From Octopus sinensis (Eukaryota), in the NCBI RefSeq assembly GCF_006345805.1, contig NC_043005.1:30194001-30258000 (forward strand): a DNA stretch of 64,000 nucleotides, read 5' to 3'. The notes under the pieces were generated by a model, which worked only from the letters and a program-made list of their open reading frames with translations, did not search any database and was not told the origin of the DNA. The position numbers were made by a program, and so were the translations under genes. How positions within the stretch are numbered: position 1 is the stretch's first letter; the number at the start of each line of letters is the position of its first letter. This document shows, piece by piece, positions 1 through 13,735 of this stretch.

Positions 1-287
1 TCCAGTTGGGGAAGTCAATGGCAAACTGCCCCAATATCTCTGCCAAGAAAACACAATGAGAAAACCAGAATCAAGTAATGCTATGGCTTCATCCACTGGG
101 AGAACTCCCACTTAATCAGGCAGACTTTTGTTGTAGATCATCAATGTACAGCAAAAGTGCACGTGACAATAATGACAAATATTTCAATCTAGTTGTGCTT
201 ATGAAACAATAAAGTCCACCACCACCACCACTGCCATGGCATGAAACTTCGATAGAGATAGTGTGAGAGAATGAGAAAATGTCTTAC

Positions 288-368
288 CTTGCAACAAATC
301 AGCCACAGTGTTTAGGAGATAGTTCAGAAATTCGTGTGCATCTTGCTGCATATAGTTATCAAACAACT
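288..368 (-). CDS. USP46: USP12/46-family deubiquitinase, exon 4 ((E)[26 protein letters not shown])
   Basis: 81 nt between tttttcag and gtaaga; phase 1/1, in frame with the 220-nt exon; contains the QQDAHEF USP motif. Confidence 0.96.
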
Positions 369-1217
369 CTGAAAAACAAATACAATTACTGAAGCTTACA
401 AACACAGATGTTAAATGATGGTGATTATATAGCTGACCTGGGTATGGCTTTAAACAACATCCAGTGGTGGGGTACCGATTTGGGAGCTCCATGGTTTTGA
501 GCAGTGTGCATGTTGTCGCTTACAAATATCAAATAGCCTAATGTCTTTACATACATATTGTCTGTGAGGAAAATTTTCTCCTGAGACAATTTCAGCAGTA
601 AAAGGCTCTCCCAAACCCGAGTGTACATGAATATGTTAAATACGATTGTACAGGAGTATATTTAATTCAATGCTGCTTTGTGCAACTCTGCTTATTTAAT
701 TCCAGCTTGACCAAATTTTATTTACATGGATAAATGAGTTATTTACTATTCTTATAAATAAGAACTATCATTTATATAGAACTGTGAAAGACAAATTCTG
801 TATTCATAGCTGATGATTCGCAATGACACAGAAACATGTCTCACATTCTGATATCATCATTCATAGCCCAGTCTGTTACCATTCATATTGAGTACAAGGA
901 AAACTTTCTCCTGAGATTATTTGCGCAGTGAAAGGCCTTCCCACATCCAAGTACACATGTGATAAATATGGTTGTACATAACAATATTAAAGATATTTGT
1001 TGGATTTTTTACATCTGTTTTTCCATGCTATGAAGGTTTTTATGAATATATTATTAAGGCATTGTTTTACAACCAAATGTCCTTTCCATCTTAAGCCAAC
1101 CAAAACCACAAGTAGATGGAAAATGAAAGAAGCCTGCCACATGTGGCTGTGTTGTCATCTCTGTCAACAAATTGTCCACTCACTTTGTACCTTTGGAGGT
1201 GTATGAAGTAAGAGATT

Positions 1218-1708
1218 GTTTACTTGAAAGGCAGGTTAGGGTTAATAATAAACAAAATCAAACACACACAGGCAAGGTATTCGTGTTGTTAGCTTGTGGG
1301 TTGGTTGTGGTTTTGATCTCTTTATATACCTCAAGTTGCTTGTAATTGATATTTGAATTTTTTGCATGGCATGAATCGGTACATGCCAGCAGATGGTGCC
1401 TAATCCATTTAGCATAGAGTCATAGTCAGTGATATAGCTTGCAGCAGGCTTTGTTTGGTGTCCAGCATTGATAAGTAACAACAATGACGAAACATCGATG
1501 TCTGTTGCTCTGAGAAGGGACCTATGTGAGTTGTCTACCTTGACTATGACTTACTTTCAGGTGCTTTCTTACACCAGGTCTTTAGAGAATATATTCTCTT
1601 ATGCCTAAAAACCATAGCCAACCCATGAACTAACAACACACATACCTTGAGCAAGTGTGTTCGATTTTGTTTATAAACCTTGAGCTGCTTCCAATTCAAA
1701 TTTGAAAC
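1218..1708. repeat. Old foldback element with nested inverted repeats
   Basis: Arms about 1240-1310/1610-1680, plus inner agtcatagtca (1418) / tgactatgact (1541). Confidence 0.7.
1463..1507 (+). ncRNA. Degenerate type-I hammerhead motif
   Basis: CAGCA-TTGATAA-GT..AC-GAAA-CATCGATG-TC-TGTTG: stem I, palindromic stem III, GUC triplet; two core substitutions. Confidence 0.5.
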
Positions 1709-1978
1709 ATAACTAGATGCTAGAGAGGAGAGAGAGAGAAAGAATACAGCACCAGAAAGGCTTGGCCAAACTGTTTCAAACCCCTCAGGTATCCCTTGTC
1801 ACAAGTTTAACGCAGTCTTACATTATATTGAATAATGTCTGTTTCCATATGAAATACTGAAAGAATTGAAATGAGATTTTTTTTTTAAAGTTATTTTCTG
1901 TTCTCATTAAATATTAATTAACAATGTCAGAAAAATATAAAATTCCTCAAGGAAAACAATATAAGAAATGGAATTTAC

Positions 1979-2198
1979 CGTTTTCTTTACGTAACCTGGT
2001 AATAAATTTCTTTGGTGCTATAGTGCCAACCTTTTTCTTCTGCGTGGCTATATTGTAAAAGAGATCGGCAAGACATGTTAGCAGTGTTTCTTTTTTCTGG
2101 TTCTTCTGTTGTAATTTGTATTGCAGAACTTTTTCACGGAACGGACGGCAGAAGTATAGCGCTTGCAACACAGAATTGCAGTAACACGTATTTCCAAA
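1979..2198 (-). CDS. USP46: USP12/46 exon 3 with catalytic Cys ([25 protein letters not shown]...[11 protein letters not shown])
   Basis: 220 nt (73 codons +1), acceptor cctttcag, donor gtaaat; near-identical to the USP12/46 Cys-box region. Confidence 0.97.
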
Positions 2199-2514
2199 CT
2201 GAAAGGAAAACAAATCAAATACATTGACCAACTTTGAAGGAACAAATACAGTTTCATAACAAAAACAATTACAAAAAAACCCCACCAACAAAACATTACA
2301 TAAATACATACGTACACACCTTCATACATATACATACATTATATATAGACACAGACATACACAACAGGCAATTCCTGTCTACCAAATTCATTCACAAAGG
2401 CATTGGTCAGCAGGGTTACAATCGAAGACACAAAGTGAAAAACAGTGAGACTGAACCCCAAACCATGTGGTTGTAAAGCTAACTTCTTAACCACATGGCC
2501 ATGCCTGAACATGC

Positions 2515-2878
2515 ATATCATCATCATCATCATCATCATTGTTTAATGCCCGCTTTCCATGCTAGCATGGGTTGGACGATTTGACTGAGGACTGACAAAC
2601 CAGATGGCTGCACCAGGCTCCAATCTGATCTGGCAGAGTTTCTACAGCTGGATGCAATTCCTAATGCCAACCACTCTGAGAGTGCAGTGGGTGCTTTTAC
2701 GTGCCACCGGCACGAGGGCCAGACTGGCGGTACTGGCAATGGCCATGCTCAAATGGTGTTTTTTTACATGTCACCTGCACACGAACCAGTCCAGTGGCAC
2801 TGGCAATGACCTCACTTGAATAATTTTTCATGTGCCACCGGCACAAATGCCAGTAAAGCGACGCTGGTAACGATCACA
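2515..2878 (-). mobile_element. RTE LINE 3'UTR fragment. Similar copies at about 18030-18450+, 22830-22995+, 26835-27020-, 30045-30380-, 32130-32525+, 33400-33860-, 37160-37470+, 46880-47140+, 57120-57470-, 58565-58878-, 61335-61490+
   Basis: Shared aggaagggcatccagctgtagaaa...ccatgccagcatggaaa...(gat)n terminus. Confidence 0.85.
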
Positions 2879-3129
2879 ATATATATATATTATATATATA
2901 TATATTATATATATATATATATATATGCATGAGTCATCTAAGTGACCATAAACCACCTCCGACAACAAAGAGTAGTCGCCATATTCCCTTCCAAATTGGT
3001 TAACTCTGATGAGCATAAAATTATATAATCAGATGGTTACCTAACACTCCACTGTATTCTTTACATGAAACCAATTGGTAAGACCAGCTGTGACGGATAT
3101 TTAAAAAAATACATTTCGGATAATATATA

Positions 3130-3955
3130 TATATATTGCAGATGTACAGGTACAGTAAACACTAGAAATGTACAGAAAATAGACTATCAAATGCATGGAG
3201 GGATACTTGGAAGTAGTTGAGAGCTTTCATTACCTAGATGACCAAGTCTACTGTGGAGGTGGATGCTCTGAGAGCGTAGCTGCTAGAATAAAAGGTTGGG
3301 CAAAGTTCAGGTAACAAAGAACTTCCCCCACACAGTGAAAAGAAGATAGTATGATGCCAATGTGCAAACAGCCATGCTACATGGCAATGAAACATGGGCT
3401 GTGACTGCAGAGAACATGTGAAAGCTTGAAAGGAAAGAAGCTAGAATGCTTTGCTAGAATGTAAGTATGACAGAATGTAAGCATCTTGAAAGAAAAATTA
3501 GGCATAAAAGGCATCAGATATGACGTGCAAGAGAGAAGACAGGTCTGGTATGGTCATGTGATGTGTATGGGTGAAGACAACTGCATCAAGAAATGCCATT
3601 CTCTAACTGCAATGGAACCTGTGGAAGAGATAGATTCAGGAAAACATGGGACAAAGTGGTGAAGCATGATCTTCGAATGTTGGGTGTAGTGATGAGAAGT
3701 GATCAAGACCTTTGGTGATTTGCTGTGCTTGAGAAATCTCATCAAGCCAAGTGAAATCGTAGTCATGGCCCGTGATACATAAAAGGCACCCACTAAACTC
3801 TCAGAGTGGTTGGTGTTAGGAAAGGCATCCAGCCATAGAAACCAAGCCAGATCAAACTCTGAACCTGGTACAGCTCTTCCGTTTACCAGTTCCAATCAAA
3901 CTGTCTAACCCATGTCAGCATGGAAAGCAGACGTCAAATGATGATGATGATGACC
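3130..3955 (+). mobile_element. Degraded copy of the same RTE LINE
   Basis: Aligns by eye to 52190-52830 and the 3' tail; multiple stops. Confidence 0.85.
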
Positions 3956-3970
3956 ATATATATATATATA

Positions 3971-4499
3971 GTGGCTGCCCCCTCATTATCGAGTAAGGCC
4001 ATTGCACGAAGCTTAATCAATGTTGTTATTGTGCAATGCCTGTGCAAGAAGATTTTTTTTTAAGTGAGGAAAGGCTGTGCACTGAGTCAATCCCACTCAC
4101 TAAGCAACAGCAGCCATAATCCGAAAAGAAGAACAAGTCAACATCATCGGTAACCACTAAGCCGCAGGTTTTATGTTGGAGTTATCCCAGTTACCTGAGT
4201 TACCTTCTCCTAGAAGGATGCCCTAACAAAGGCTGGGAGTCCTTCACTCCCAATGGTTTAACCGCGCGATCGGGTATTCAGTCCGATTATTTCTATGTCC
4301 CCGCACATGATACATCCTTAAGATATTTATTGGATGGCCGTTGACTCTCTAGAGTTCCTCTGCCTTTTGACGGGTTTTGTTTTCCATCCTGCAGGGTGTC
4401 CAATAAACACCCTCCTCACCAAGCAAGCTTGGTGGGGTTGCCGGTTTAGTCGCCAACGACCCGACCATGCAACAGGTTGTACTGGGTTACACGTTACCA
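3971..4499 (-). mobile_element. Possible non-autonomous RTE-derived element
   Basis: CpG-rich 530-bp insert between microsatellites; ends resemble RTE 5'UTR and 3' tail as recalled. Confidence 0.4.
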
Positions 4500-6592
4500 G
4501 TATATACATACACACACATACATACATACACATATATACACATACATACATACACACATACACATACACACGCACATAAAGAAAGAGAGAATAAACTGAA
4601 CCTAATGATAATGGTAGAGATTAAGATTTACTTTGCCTCCCCACCACAATGCCCTGGGCTCAGATCTCACCAAATCAACTTCATTTGTCAGTTTTCCAAA
4701 TTTCACAAAATAAAAACCATTTAGGTAATACTGAAAGAAATTAATAATGGTGTCAGCAGTAGCAATAGTCAAATACATCAATCTTTATCAAGTGACCCTG
4801 TCTCCAAAAATAGACAAGGGTTTGGTGAGGCGGGTTTTTTTTACCAACTTCTCACTGAAAAACTGATTCAATATTGGGACTGTTTGAAGATGGCCCAATG
4901 AGCTCTCACAGCATAGAACAAGGTAAAAAAAAAATAATATGTGTGTGTGCATGGCTGTGTGATTGAGAAGTTCACACCTCAACCGCATGGTTATGGATTC
5001 AGTCCCATTGCAAGACATCCTGGGCGAGTGTGCCTTCTACAGTAGGCCCAGGGAGACCAATACTGTGTGAGTGAATCTGATGACCAGAGACAGCACAAAG
5101 CCCATCATGTGTGTGTGTGTGTGTGTGTTTACATTCAGTGCATGCATTAAAATGGCACTGAGCAGTGAACTTCATTGACAGTCCTTTGCTAAAAAATAGT
5201 CTGCACTTTTGAAAATGTGTGGAAATAAAAATCCCTCAGTAATATGAAATCACCCATGTCTAGCATAGTAAAAATAAACCAATGTAAAAACAAACAAATA
5301 TAGTTCTTTGCTTAAGATAAAACTGGGTTTCTCTCATTCATATTATGTTAGTAATTGTTTAAGTAGACAACCCTATAAATAGAGGTTGAAATTAAGTTTA
5401 CTCTCGTTAATAACACCACAGATGATAAATGAAATATAACAAATCTCAAAACTCGATAGGGTGCACAGCCTGGAAATCATGAGGTCTCTCCAGTTTGGGC
5501 TGCTACTTCTATGTATTGAGAGGTCACAGCTCTGCTATGACGAACATGTAATTAAAATATCAAAAGGAAGGAACACAAGACAAATCCTTCGAGTTGAGCC
5601 ACCTGGCAGGAGACCAAAGAACAGACCAAGAAGCTGGAAAATATCCATAATCTCAATTAGTCACACTTGGGAATTGAGCTGGAAAGTGTATTGGCATTTG
5701 CATCTAATAGGACCCTAACCAGCCCAAGGAATAGTGGGCAGAGAAAATGGATGGAACAAAATATGAAAACTATGAAATTCACATTGTTGTTATTCTGTTT
5801 TTCCAGACAGTTGCATCTGGTTAAATATTTAGGTCAAAGAGTTAAGGAAGTTCATTCCATCACTAACTTTGTGCAATGTCTGCGACATGTTATTTAGCTA
5901 TAAATAGATACCATGACGAGGTGCATTTCACAACGGGAAGCAGTAGGGGATATTGTATAACTGTCAAGTGAGTTGAGTGCTAAGTTCAATAACATGACAT
6001 CCTGTCAAGGGAGAGAGATGAAACACTCCGCTGTTTAAGAAAAAGTGGAATAAACTCTGCTCTGCAGCAAACTCCAATACCTATTGGTAATTGTGGAGGA
6101 TAAAAAAAAAAAAATATTAACCACTTCATGTTGCCAATATGAATCAAGGATGGAGTAGGTTTAGTTTAAACTCCAAAGCATCAACCATTAACTCCAGTTA
6201 AAGAAATTACTTTAACCCTTTTTGTTACCAAATTTCTCTTGAAATACACTTTGCTTCAATAAATTTTGAAAATAATACAGAATTTAGAAAATCAAGATAG
6301 TGTTTGAACATAGATTAACATGAACTTTAGATAGAAAATTTTAATCGAGATCAATTCCAAACAGAAAGGTTTACATCAAAAGGGTTCATCAATATATGTT
6401 GTCTAAGGACAAAGGGTCAACAGGATTTCAACACTGCTACTTCTCAGTCTAGCTCCTTTTATCTCTTTATTGACACACATACTGGGAAGCAAAATGATAT
6501 GATAAGCTAGAAGAGAGGTGAAATAGTCAACTTGTTTGGAACACTGACAGAAATAACTAAATAATTTCAAATAAAATGGTCAAAAGGAATGG

Positions 6593-6893
6593 AGTTCTAT
6601 ATTTGAGAGATGAGGAATTATGTATATTATTTATATTTGACGGATATTTGTCCTCATTTTGTTTGTTTTTAACACAACATTTCCACTGATATACCCTCCG
6701 GCCTTCATCAAGTGTCTTGGGGAAAATTCCAACCTGAGTTCTCATTCCTAAGTTATTTTTCGATGTTATTATTATTGTTAATATTATTATTATTATTATT
6801 ATTATTATTGAGGTCATTGCCTGGAATCAATCTCAGAATCTTGGGGTTAGTAGCCTGCACTCTTAACCACTATGCTATATGCCAGTGGCATAT
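6593..6893 (-). mobile_element. Same family: full left arm plus retained palindrome centre (atatgcc-agt-ggcatat)
   Basis: Aligns by eye to 39720-39975. Confidence 0.85.
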
Positions 6894-9170
6894 CAGATTA
6901 ATAGATATGGAGTTATCTGATTTAATATTTCAGAGCTCAATAAATTTACTTTTGTCTTAATTCTCTCATCGTTAAAATCACTTCAACGAGAGGGAAAGAG
7001 TAAAACTCTAAATCATTTGAAGTAATATTAAGTAATACAACTTTATCATTCCTACCTAAAACTAAGATGGTACTTTTTGCTTTATGCTTTAATGAGAATT
7101 TGTTAGGAGAGTGTGGAAGAATAAATGTGATCATCAACTTGATCTCTCTCTCTCTCTCTCTCTCACTATCTTAAGACAACCAGCCCCCCCCCCCCACACA
7201 CACACACAAGGGTCAGCTATTGGAATTTTGTTTACAACAAAAAACAGAATTACTATTATTTTATACCTTCAGAATGTTTTGCAAAGCTATATTTAATGGT
7301 TGTGGCCCAATAAAAGTGAACTGAATTGATAAAGGGATGCAGTAAGAACTATATAGAAATTTCATCAATAGGAGACGAAGAGATGTGGCAGGAGAGCTTT
7401 ACACATCAGAAAGCAATTAGGTCATAGAAATGGAAAAGAAGATATTTCTTAAGCTAATAAAATGGAGTTAGAAAAAATATTCCAAAGGATGTAAATACTA
7501 CAAGAATTATAAAAATAATTCTCTGCATGATATGAATTCAAATATTGATTTAGCAATTAAGCTAAAATTATGATGGAATTTGATGCCAGTGGTGGGGAAG
7601 TTTTCTTTAAAATATTATTATTATTTAAAGAATAAGCTAGAGTCTAGCTGCTTATTCAATGCACTTTTAAGGAAGAATAAAAACAGAACACTTAAAAATA
7701 AATATATGTGAATTTGCAAAGTGAACAATGGTAATATTTAATGATTTAATTGAATCAGATAAAAAATATGCATGGCACCTTGGGTAAACATCTTCTGTTT
7801 CAGTTGTCTTGGGATGACCAAAGCCTTGTGAGTAGATTTGGTAGATAGAAACTGAAAGAAGCCCATCATGTATATGTGTGTGTGTGTGCATTTATGTCTA
7901 CTTGTTTTGACATTGCAAGGCAGTTGTAAATGATTGTCACTGTCATACAAACAGTGTCATTCATTTCCAATATGCTGCAAAAACATGCCAGGCCATGGAG
8001 GAAATATTACTTTGCCTGGAAACAAGTATGGGTTGGTGACAAGAAGGGTATCTGGCTATAGAAAATCTGCTTCGTTTAACTCTATCTGACCTATACATGG
8101 AACAGTGGATGTTAAATATCTCTCATCGTGAGATTTACAAATAGTAATTTTCAGGCTTCAATACAGTTTCCATCTACCAACAGTTCCATCCACAAGTCAT
8201 TGGTTAGCTCAGGGCTATAATAAAAGATACTTGCCTAAGGTGCAGTGTAGTGGGACCGAACCCCAAACCCTATGGTTGAAAAGCAAACTTCTTCTCACAT
8301 AGCCATGATTATGCCTAATAGTGTTCTGGAAACCATTCTCACTTTAAACTTACTCTTAAGCAATTTCCATTAAACTTTGATATCAAATCATCAATGGCAT
8401 GTCTTTCAGTGAGCTATCTTGGGGATTATAGAGATACAAAGATGAATGTGTAGTTGACCACAAAGTACCAGGTTCCGTTCCACTGTATCTTCTACTACGG
8501 CCTCAAGTTGACAAATCTATTATCTTTGGTTTCTGTCAATGGACCGTGGCCAAGCTGAGGCACTACCTCGTCAAACAAATCAACTCCAGCATTTATTTTC
8601 CAAGCCTGGAACTTATTCTATCAGTCCTTTTTTGCCAAACTGCTAGGTTACAGGGACATAAATGAACCAGTCCTGGTTGTCAAGTGGTAGGACAACGGTA
8701 GAAACACAGACACAAAAACAGACATGCACGTATGATGGGTTTCCACCACAGTTTCTCCCTATCAAATTTATTCACGAGGCATTGGTTGGCCTAAAATGAT
8801 ATGCAGAGGAGCTGAACTGGAAACTAAGTGGTGCAAAAAGAATTTCCAAACTACACAGCCATGCCTGGGCATATAAGACTAGGAGTGGAAACTGAGTTGT
8901 GTGTGTGTGTTGCTGTTCATAAAATGTGACAGAAAAAAAAAACCCAACACATTCTTCCATGAAATTTGATCACATCAGCCATAGTTTGTATTTTCAATGA
9001 GACATCCATACTGTGTTTGTGAGAGAAGGAAAGGAGGCAGGGAAAATGAGGTAACATATATATATTATCTAATTATGCTACATCTTTGATTACTAAATTA
9101 ATTAATGAGGGTGTAAGGAAATTTTCTAAATAGCAAGCAAGAAACAAGATCAGTGGTGGGGGGCACAGTA

Positions 9171-9395
9171 CAGTAATCCCTTGACTATTGCGGGTGTTAC
9201 ATTCCAACACCCCGCTCACACCGTGATAGGTAAAAATCCGCAAAGTAGAAACAGTACTATACATCTTTTTTTGTTATTTTTATAATTTGTATGCATTCAT
9301 TTTATTATAAATGCAAAACAACACCATAGAGGAATCGGTGTAAGCTTAAATAATAAACCCTGATAGGTGAACCGCGATATGGTGGGGGATTACTG
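9171..9395. mobile_element. Tigger/pogo-like MITE
   Basis: ta-CAGTAATCCC...GGGATTACTG termini. Confidence 0.75.
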
Positions 9396-11960
9396 TGTTT
9401 TGGCACTGTGATCACACTGGACAAGAGACATAATTCTGCCAGAGAAACTGGTTAGAAATGTAGACGACCCTCCTGTCGTAAAGTTGGTTTCCCGACAGGT
9501 GCAGCCATGCTATAAGCTTATGCAGCTTGCTTTGCAACCACATGCATTTTGGCTAAATCATTTTGTGTGGCACCTTAGGCAAGTCTCGTTTACTATAGTT
9601 CCAGGCAAACAACGCCTTGTGAGTAAATTTGGAAGATGGAAACTGTATTGAAGCCTGTCACATATATGTGTCCCCTCCCGACTTCGTCACAACTGGTGTT
9701 GATTTGTTTACATGAGTGTCACTTAGCGGTTTGGCAAAAGAGACCAAAAAAACTAAGTACCAAACTTGAAAATATGTATTGGGGTTAGTTTGCTTGAATA
9801 AACCCTAGAAGGCAGTGCTCCACCAGGGCTACAATTCAAATGACTAAAAGAAAGACAAGTTAAAAGAAAGAAAGAAAAAAAAGGAAAACTCTATAAAAAT
9901 TATCATTTTAACATCTGTCTCCATGATCGCATGAGTCAGAAAAATGTATATTCTCTTCTACTCTGGACACAATACCTGAAATTTTTGGGGAGGGGGCCAG
10001 TCAATTAGATTGACCCCAGTATGCAACTGGTACTTAATTTATCGACCCTGAAAGGATGAAAGGCAAAGTTGACCTAGGCAGAATTTGATCTCAGAACGTA
10101 AAAACTGATGAAATACTTATTTCTTTATTACCCACAAGGGGCTAAACACAGAGAGGACAAACAAGGACTGACCTCGGTGAAATTTGAACTCAGAACGTAG
10201 TGGCAGATGAAATAGCGCTAAGCATTTCGCCTGGTGTGCTAACGTTTCTGCCAGCTCACCACCTTGAAAATATGTATTAGGACACAGTTTACTACTGCCA
10301 GGTGCCCTTCCTGTCACCAAGCCCCAACTTGTCTCCAGGTAATAATCTTCCAGTCAATTGAACAACTAACAGCCCAGACATGTCTACATGGAGAACGGGG
10401 GGAAAAAATGACACTATCAGTTAACAAACACACATGTAGCCAGGGGATATCATTCATACAACTACACATGTGCATGCATGTGCACACATATGTACGCATA
10501 CATCATCATCATCATCACCATCTAACATCCATTTTTCTGTGCTTGCATGGGTCAAACAGAATTTGTTGAAGCAGATTTTCTATGGCCGGATGCCTTTCCC
10601 ATTACCACCACTCACTGTTTCTTAGCAAGATAATGCTTCCTTTGACCAGACATCTTTTTCCATGGAAGATTGAAAACAAACAATATCACTTGTATGATGA
10701 TAATGATGATGTTTGGCTACAACCATCACATAAAGTCAAGACAAAAGTACATATGAACACACACACACACACACATGATGGGCTTCTTCCATCAGATCAA
10801 CTCACAAAGCTTTGTTCGGCCCAGGTGCCACATAGTGGTTCTGAACCTGAAACACTACATCAATGGGAAGCAAACTTTCTCAAGCACACAGCCACACGTG
10901 TGCAGGTGTCTAGGAAATCCTCTCTCAATTTCTTTGTTTATCCTTCACTGGCAACTACATATAAATCTCTCTCTCCCTCTGTATACACACACACACACAC
11001 AAAATGGGCTTCTTTAAGTTTCCCTCTACCATCTCACAAAACAGCAATTGTCCAACATGTTGTGCTGTGGGACTGTACCCAAGACCACATGGTTGGAAAA
11101 CAAGCTTTCCTAACCACACAGCCATGTCTGCATGTGTGTTATATCAGAGCAAGAACTGTTTCAGCTCTCCATCACTAAACTCCCAATTACACTTATCTTC
11201 TGTATTTGTTACTTAATCTTTCGGACAAAATCAAAACAAAAATGATAGCTGCATGATGTATGTGTTTGTAAGTCAGGGGGAGGGGGAAGCTAATAGAAGA
11301 GATAATTAGCTCTGAATGTAATAATATTAAGTGGAAGAGAGATTAATTTCTTTCTGGATAGGCTAACTATTTATGGTGGTTCAACATCTCCACAGTTATT
11401 TCCCCACAGCTGGAGGGACTAAGATGTTTACTAAGAAGTGTTCTACTTATCTAGAACAGATATGAATGAAATGAACTCAACACTCACAAACTGCTAATCG
11501 TCATCATCATTTTAATGCCCACTTTTCCATGCTTGTTGAGGCAGATTTTCTACAGCTGGATGCTTTTCCATCACCAACCCTCACCTGTTTCCAGACAAAG
11601 TAATATTTCCCTTTGGCCAGAGATGTTTACACAGAAGACTGGAAATGAAGGATACTGCTTGTATGATATTGACAGTTGCTTACAATTATCATTGTATGTC
11701 AGGAGAACAACACATCACCCACACACTCGACAAGGTGTTTTTAGTTTTTGCCTACAAAATCTGCTCCCAATGCTTCTTTCAGTCTGGACTTACAATAAAA
11801 GACACTTGCCTATTGGGCCACACACACTGGAATTGCACCCAAAACCATCTTGTTGGGAAGTGAACTTACTAACTCCACAAGCATGCCTGCAATCAGGCTG
11901 TTTAATAGATAAATCTTCTCTTTCCGTAACTGAGAAATTTTGGTTCTCACAATAGACAAA

Positions 11961-12116
11961 GGTGTGGCTGTGTGGTAAGAAGCTTGCTTTCCAACCACAT
12001 GGTTCTGGGTTTGGTCCCATTGCATGGCACCTAGGGTAAGTGTCTTCTATTATAGCCTTGGGCCGACCAAAGCCTTGTGAGTGAATTTGGTAGGCGGAAA
12101 CTGAAAGAAACCCATC

Positions 12117-12159
<43 letters not shown>

Positions 12160-12362
12160 GTATTTATGTGTGTGTGTGTCCTCACCATCACTTGACAACT
12201 GATGTTGGTATGTTTATGTCCCTGAAACTTAGCAGTTCAGCAAATGGAACCAATAGAATAAGTACTAGGCTTACAAAGAATAAGTCCTGGGGTTGATTTG
12301 TTTGACTAAAGGTGGTGCTCCAGCATGGCCACAGTCAAATGACTGAAACATGTAAAAGAGTA
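11961..12362 (+). mobile_element. Abundant tRNA-derived SINE family A, full length. Others at about 8570-8870-, 9530-9860+, 24955-25300+, 30880-31755-, 32945-33377+, 34300-34890-, 35480-35800+, 35865-36670-, 54910-55282+, 57765-58150-
   Basis: tggctgtgtggtaag A box, gggttcagtccc B-box-like, central (TA/TG)n, shared tail ...gactgaaacaagtaaaaga. Confidence 0.9.
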
Positions 12363-13069
12363 GAAAAAAAAAAGAGTAACTCCTTTGTTACCATATTTCT
12401 GTTGAAATACACAACCTTTATTTCAATTAATTTTGAAATTAAGGAAAAATTTAGTAAAATGACTGTCATTATTTGATATTTGTTACATAAACTGATATGA
12501 AATTTTGATGGAAAGCTTGAAACTGGAAGTCAATATCATAGATCTAGGGGTGATCTCAGGCAAGTTGGGATCAAAAAAGAGTTAACACAATATATTAAGA
12601 CATACATACGTGAAGACCTAGGTCTTCATGTATGTATATCTAGGGGTACCCTATTTAATTGAATGGTCCCTTTATTTTATTGCCCTTGTTGAAAGCAATA
12701 ATGAAATAAGTTGGCCTTTTCCTCAATTCCAAATGTCCCATTTGAAGATTCTGGACCAGTCAGTGCTTTTTACTTGTAAATTTTAAGAGAACCCAATCTA
12801 ATATTTTGCAAAATCCTGTATAAATGAAGATTCAGTATTGAGATTTGAGCTTTCCAATCTAAATATCAACTTTAAGCTGGCTTGTAATAAGCTAAATAAT
12901 TATCAAACCTTACCAGGGGCTCATACAACTTTGTATATAAAGAGACATTAATAGAAGTTGATCGAAATGATTGTCAACGTGTCTCTGACTAAAAATGTGT
13001 TTTGGATTTTAATTATAAAAGACAAGAGTTTATTGAAACAGAATTCACATAGAAGTTAGTAAAAAGGGC

Positions 13070-13735
13070 AAAGTTGCTATCTTCAATTCAGTGTCCATAT
13101 ACACCCTCATATATGGTCATGAATGTTGAGTGATGATAGAAAGTGTATGATCACAAACAAAAGTAGCCAAAATGGGGTACCTCCAAAAGATCTTGGGAGT
13201 AACATTAATTGACAGGATGCATAGTTTAGAGACTAACCCTTTCATTACCAACCTAGCAGAAGCCGGCTCTGGCTCTGTAGTACAAATGTCTTTTTTGAAT
13301 TAAAATCTCCCACCAAACCTTAGTCACAATTTATGTTCCTAACACTAGCTGAATGATAACTAAGTTATTTTAATAAATTATTTGTTCTTTCTAAAGTAAT
13401 TGAAAGAAACACAGAGCATCTCAAAATAAATACAATAATGAAAGGCTTAAAGTGTCTCTCTAGGTCAAGCTGCTACAGGTCCCCTGCACTGAGAGGTCAC
13501 AGCTCCAGTACTATGAACATGTGATTAGAATGCTGCTGAATAGAAATGCAAAATGGATTCTTCAAGCCAAGTGATATTGGTAGACGACGTAGGGGTACCA
13601 AGATGGTTGGATAATATCCAGTCTCAGTTGATCATGCTTAAGAATCCAGCCAGAAAGTCTAATGACAGTTGCTTGTGATAAGACCCTATGGAGGAGATAC
13701 CTGAAGATGATACTCCCATGACCCAGGCAGTATTG
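13070..13735 (+). mobile_element. Old RTE/Expander-like LINE relic interrupted by a MITE; related relic at about 5470-5750
   Basis: KVAIFNSVSIYTLIYGHEC..KMGYLQKILGVTLIDR before the MITE, IERSQL-like segment after it. Confidence 0.7.
13234..13450. mobile_element. TTAA-ended piggyBac-like MITE. Relatives at about 6212-6388, 12377-12585, 32767-32942, 56947-57518 (last one split by a LINE tail)
   Basis: (t)taaccctttc/g...aaagggttaa termini. Confidence 0.6.

Noticed and set aside
10582-11178. 198-aa ORF and the many 60-150-aa ORFs in the track
   Set aside because: They run through SINE bodies and microsatellites, with no splice structure or domain
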